Source: Candidatus Hadarchaeales archaeon
GTDB lineage: Archaea; Hadarchaeota; Hadarchaeia; Hadarchaeales; JAWBSP01
Direction: 5' to 3'
DNA length: 39,962 nt
Assembly (NCBI GenBank): GCA_038842485.1
Contig: JAWBSP010000012.1
Location: 1 to 39,962 of the forward strand
The translations under genes and the position numbers were made by a program. The notes beneath the pieces are model-generated. The model did not search any database and had not been told where the DNA came from. It saw only the letters and a program-made list of their open reading frames with translations. The number at the start of each line of letters is the position of its first letter. Position 1 is the first letter of the stretch. Positions 39,006 to 39,962 of the stretch are shown in pieces.

Positions 39006-39896
39006 TCAGAGGATGGTAAGGAAGAGAGCCCCTGAGAAGGGCACCACAAAGTTGTCTACATCTTTGGGGCATGCAGACTCAGTCAGGGTAACCGCCAGCG
39101 AGACCGGGAGAAGCGAAAGCGCCCCCCTTAAGGGAAGCAGGAGCAGGTGGCAGGTGAGGAAGAAACAGGCCGTGCCCTCCAGTGTTTTCCGTGGGTTGTA
39201 GGGCAGCCTGTGTCTACCGAATCTTATGCCAACCATTGAGGCGAGCGGGTTTGAGATTCCCAGCAGTAGCACGGCTGGTAGGGCGGAGTCCGGGAAAAAG
39301 AGGACGACCGAGAGGCAACCGGCGAGGAAAAGGAATCCTGGCAAGTAAACCCTCCACCTACCCATGCTGGCGGGCTCCACCCACTCTCTAGCCACCCCGC
39401 TCACCAGCGGCTTTGAAAGTGGCCTCAGTCTCGAATATTCGAGCACGAGTAAAACCGCTAGGGCCAGAAAGAGGAGTAGGATGGCCATATCCCTAGCAGC
39501 CCAGATGAGGTAGGCAAAGACCGCTCCCGCCACCATCTGCCCCGCCGCAACGTATCTGTACTGGTACTGCTTGGGAGGGCCGAAGATTCTCCAGTACTGG
39601 ATGTACTCCCTTGGCAGAATTTTGTAATACACCACGGGGAGAGCCACAAGGGTCAGGATGATGGCCGGCACCGTCCTAGCGGCTTGGGTTCTCAGCCCTT
39701 CCACCAGCACCCGTGTTTCTTGAAGGTAGGCGTAGGGATTCATGCCGTAGAGGAGCAGGGCGCAGAACACGGCTAGGACGGCGGCGAGGAAGCTCGAGCC
39801 CCATCTCCCCACCCGGCGCCTGAGCAAATGGAAGAACACCAGCAGTGCCGCGGCATAGCACAAGGTGGCCAACCCGGCTTTGAGAGCTTCCTCCAT
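39006..39896 (-). CDS. Second polyprenol-kinase-family membrane protein, divergent
   Basis: FGRHRLPYNPRKTLEGT, E...VDNFVVP; multiple TM segments. Confidence 0.82.
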   Translation of the reverse strand: MEEALKAGLATLCYAAALLVFFHLLRRRVGRWGSSFLAAVLAVFCALLLYGMNPYAYLQETRVLVEGLRTQAARTVPAIILTLVALPVVYYKILPREYIQYWRIFGPPKQYQYRYVAAGQMVAGAVFAYLIWAARDMAILLLFLALAVLLVLEYSRLRPLSKPLVSGVAREWVEPASMGRWRVYLPGFLFLAGCLSVVLFFPDSALPAVLLLGISNPLASMVGIRFGRHRLPYNPRKTLEGTACFFLTCHLLLLPLRGALSLLPVSLAVTLTESACPKDVDNFVVPFSGALFLTIL

Positions 39897-39962
39897 CAAG
39901 AGATAGTTGAGGCTTTTCTAACCTCTGAGAAGGAGAGCCGATTTCAAAAACCAATACCGTTG

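Overview
Gene-dense, GC-rich archaeal chromosomal segment; lineage is uncertain (euryarchaeal-grade, possibly Hadarchaeia, by inference only). Most of it is housekeeping: an A/V-type ATP synthase cluster split into two divergent units (atpH-I-K-E-C-F-D on +; atpA with a 525-aa LAGLIDADG intein and atpB on -, followed by an isolated rnfC-rnfD pair), secF/secD, trmI, HMG-CoA synthase/thiolase/DUF35, archaeal MAT, tgtA, nth, rsmA, EF-2, tRNA-Leu(CAG), GTP-PEPCK and two CTP-dependent polyprenol-kinase-family paralogs. The left ~5.6 kb is accessory-like: two frameshifted genes, a non-coding stretch with four copies of the palindrome TGCACACGTGTGCA, a pyruvyl-transferase gene flanked by two related helical proteins, MinD/ParA, and two 42-aa zinc-finger microproteins missed by the ORF track. 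A box C/D guide sRNA (7834-7889), predicted to direct Cm34 in tRNA-Leu(CAA), lies between rnfC and atpB. All family assignments are from motif recognition, not database searches.
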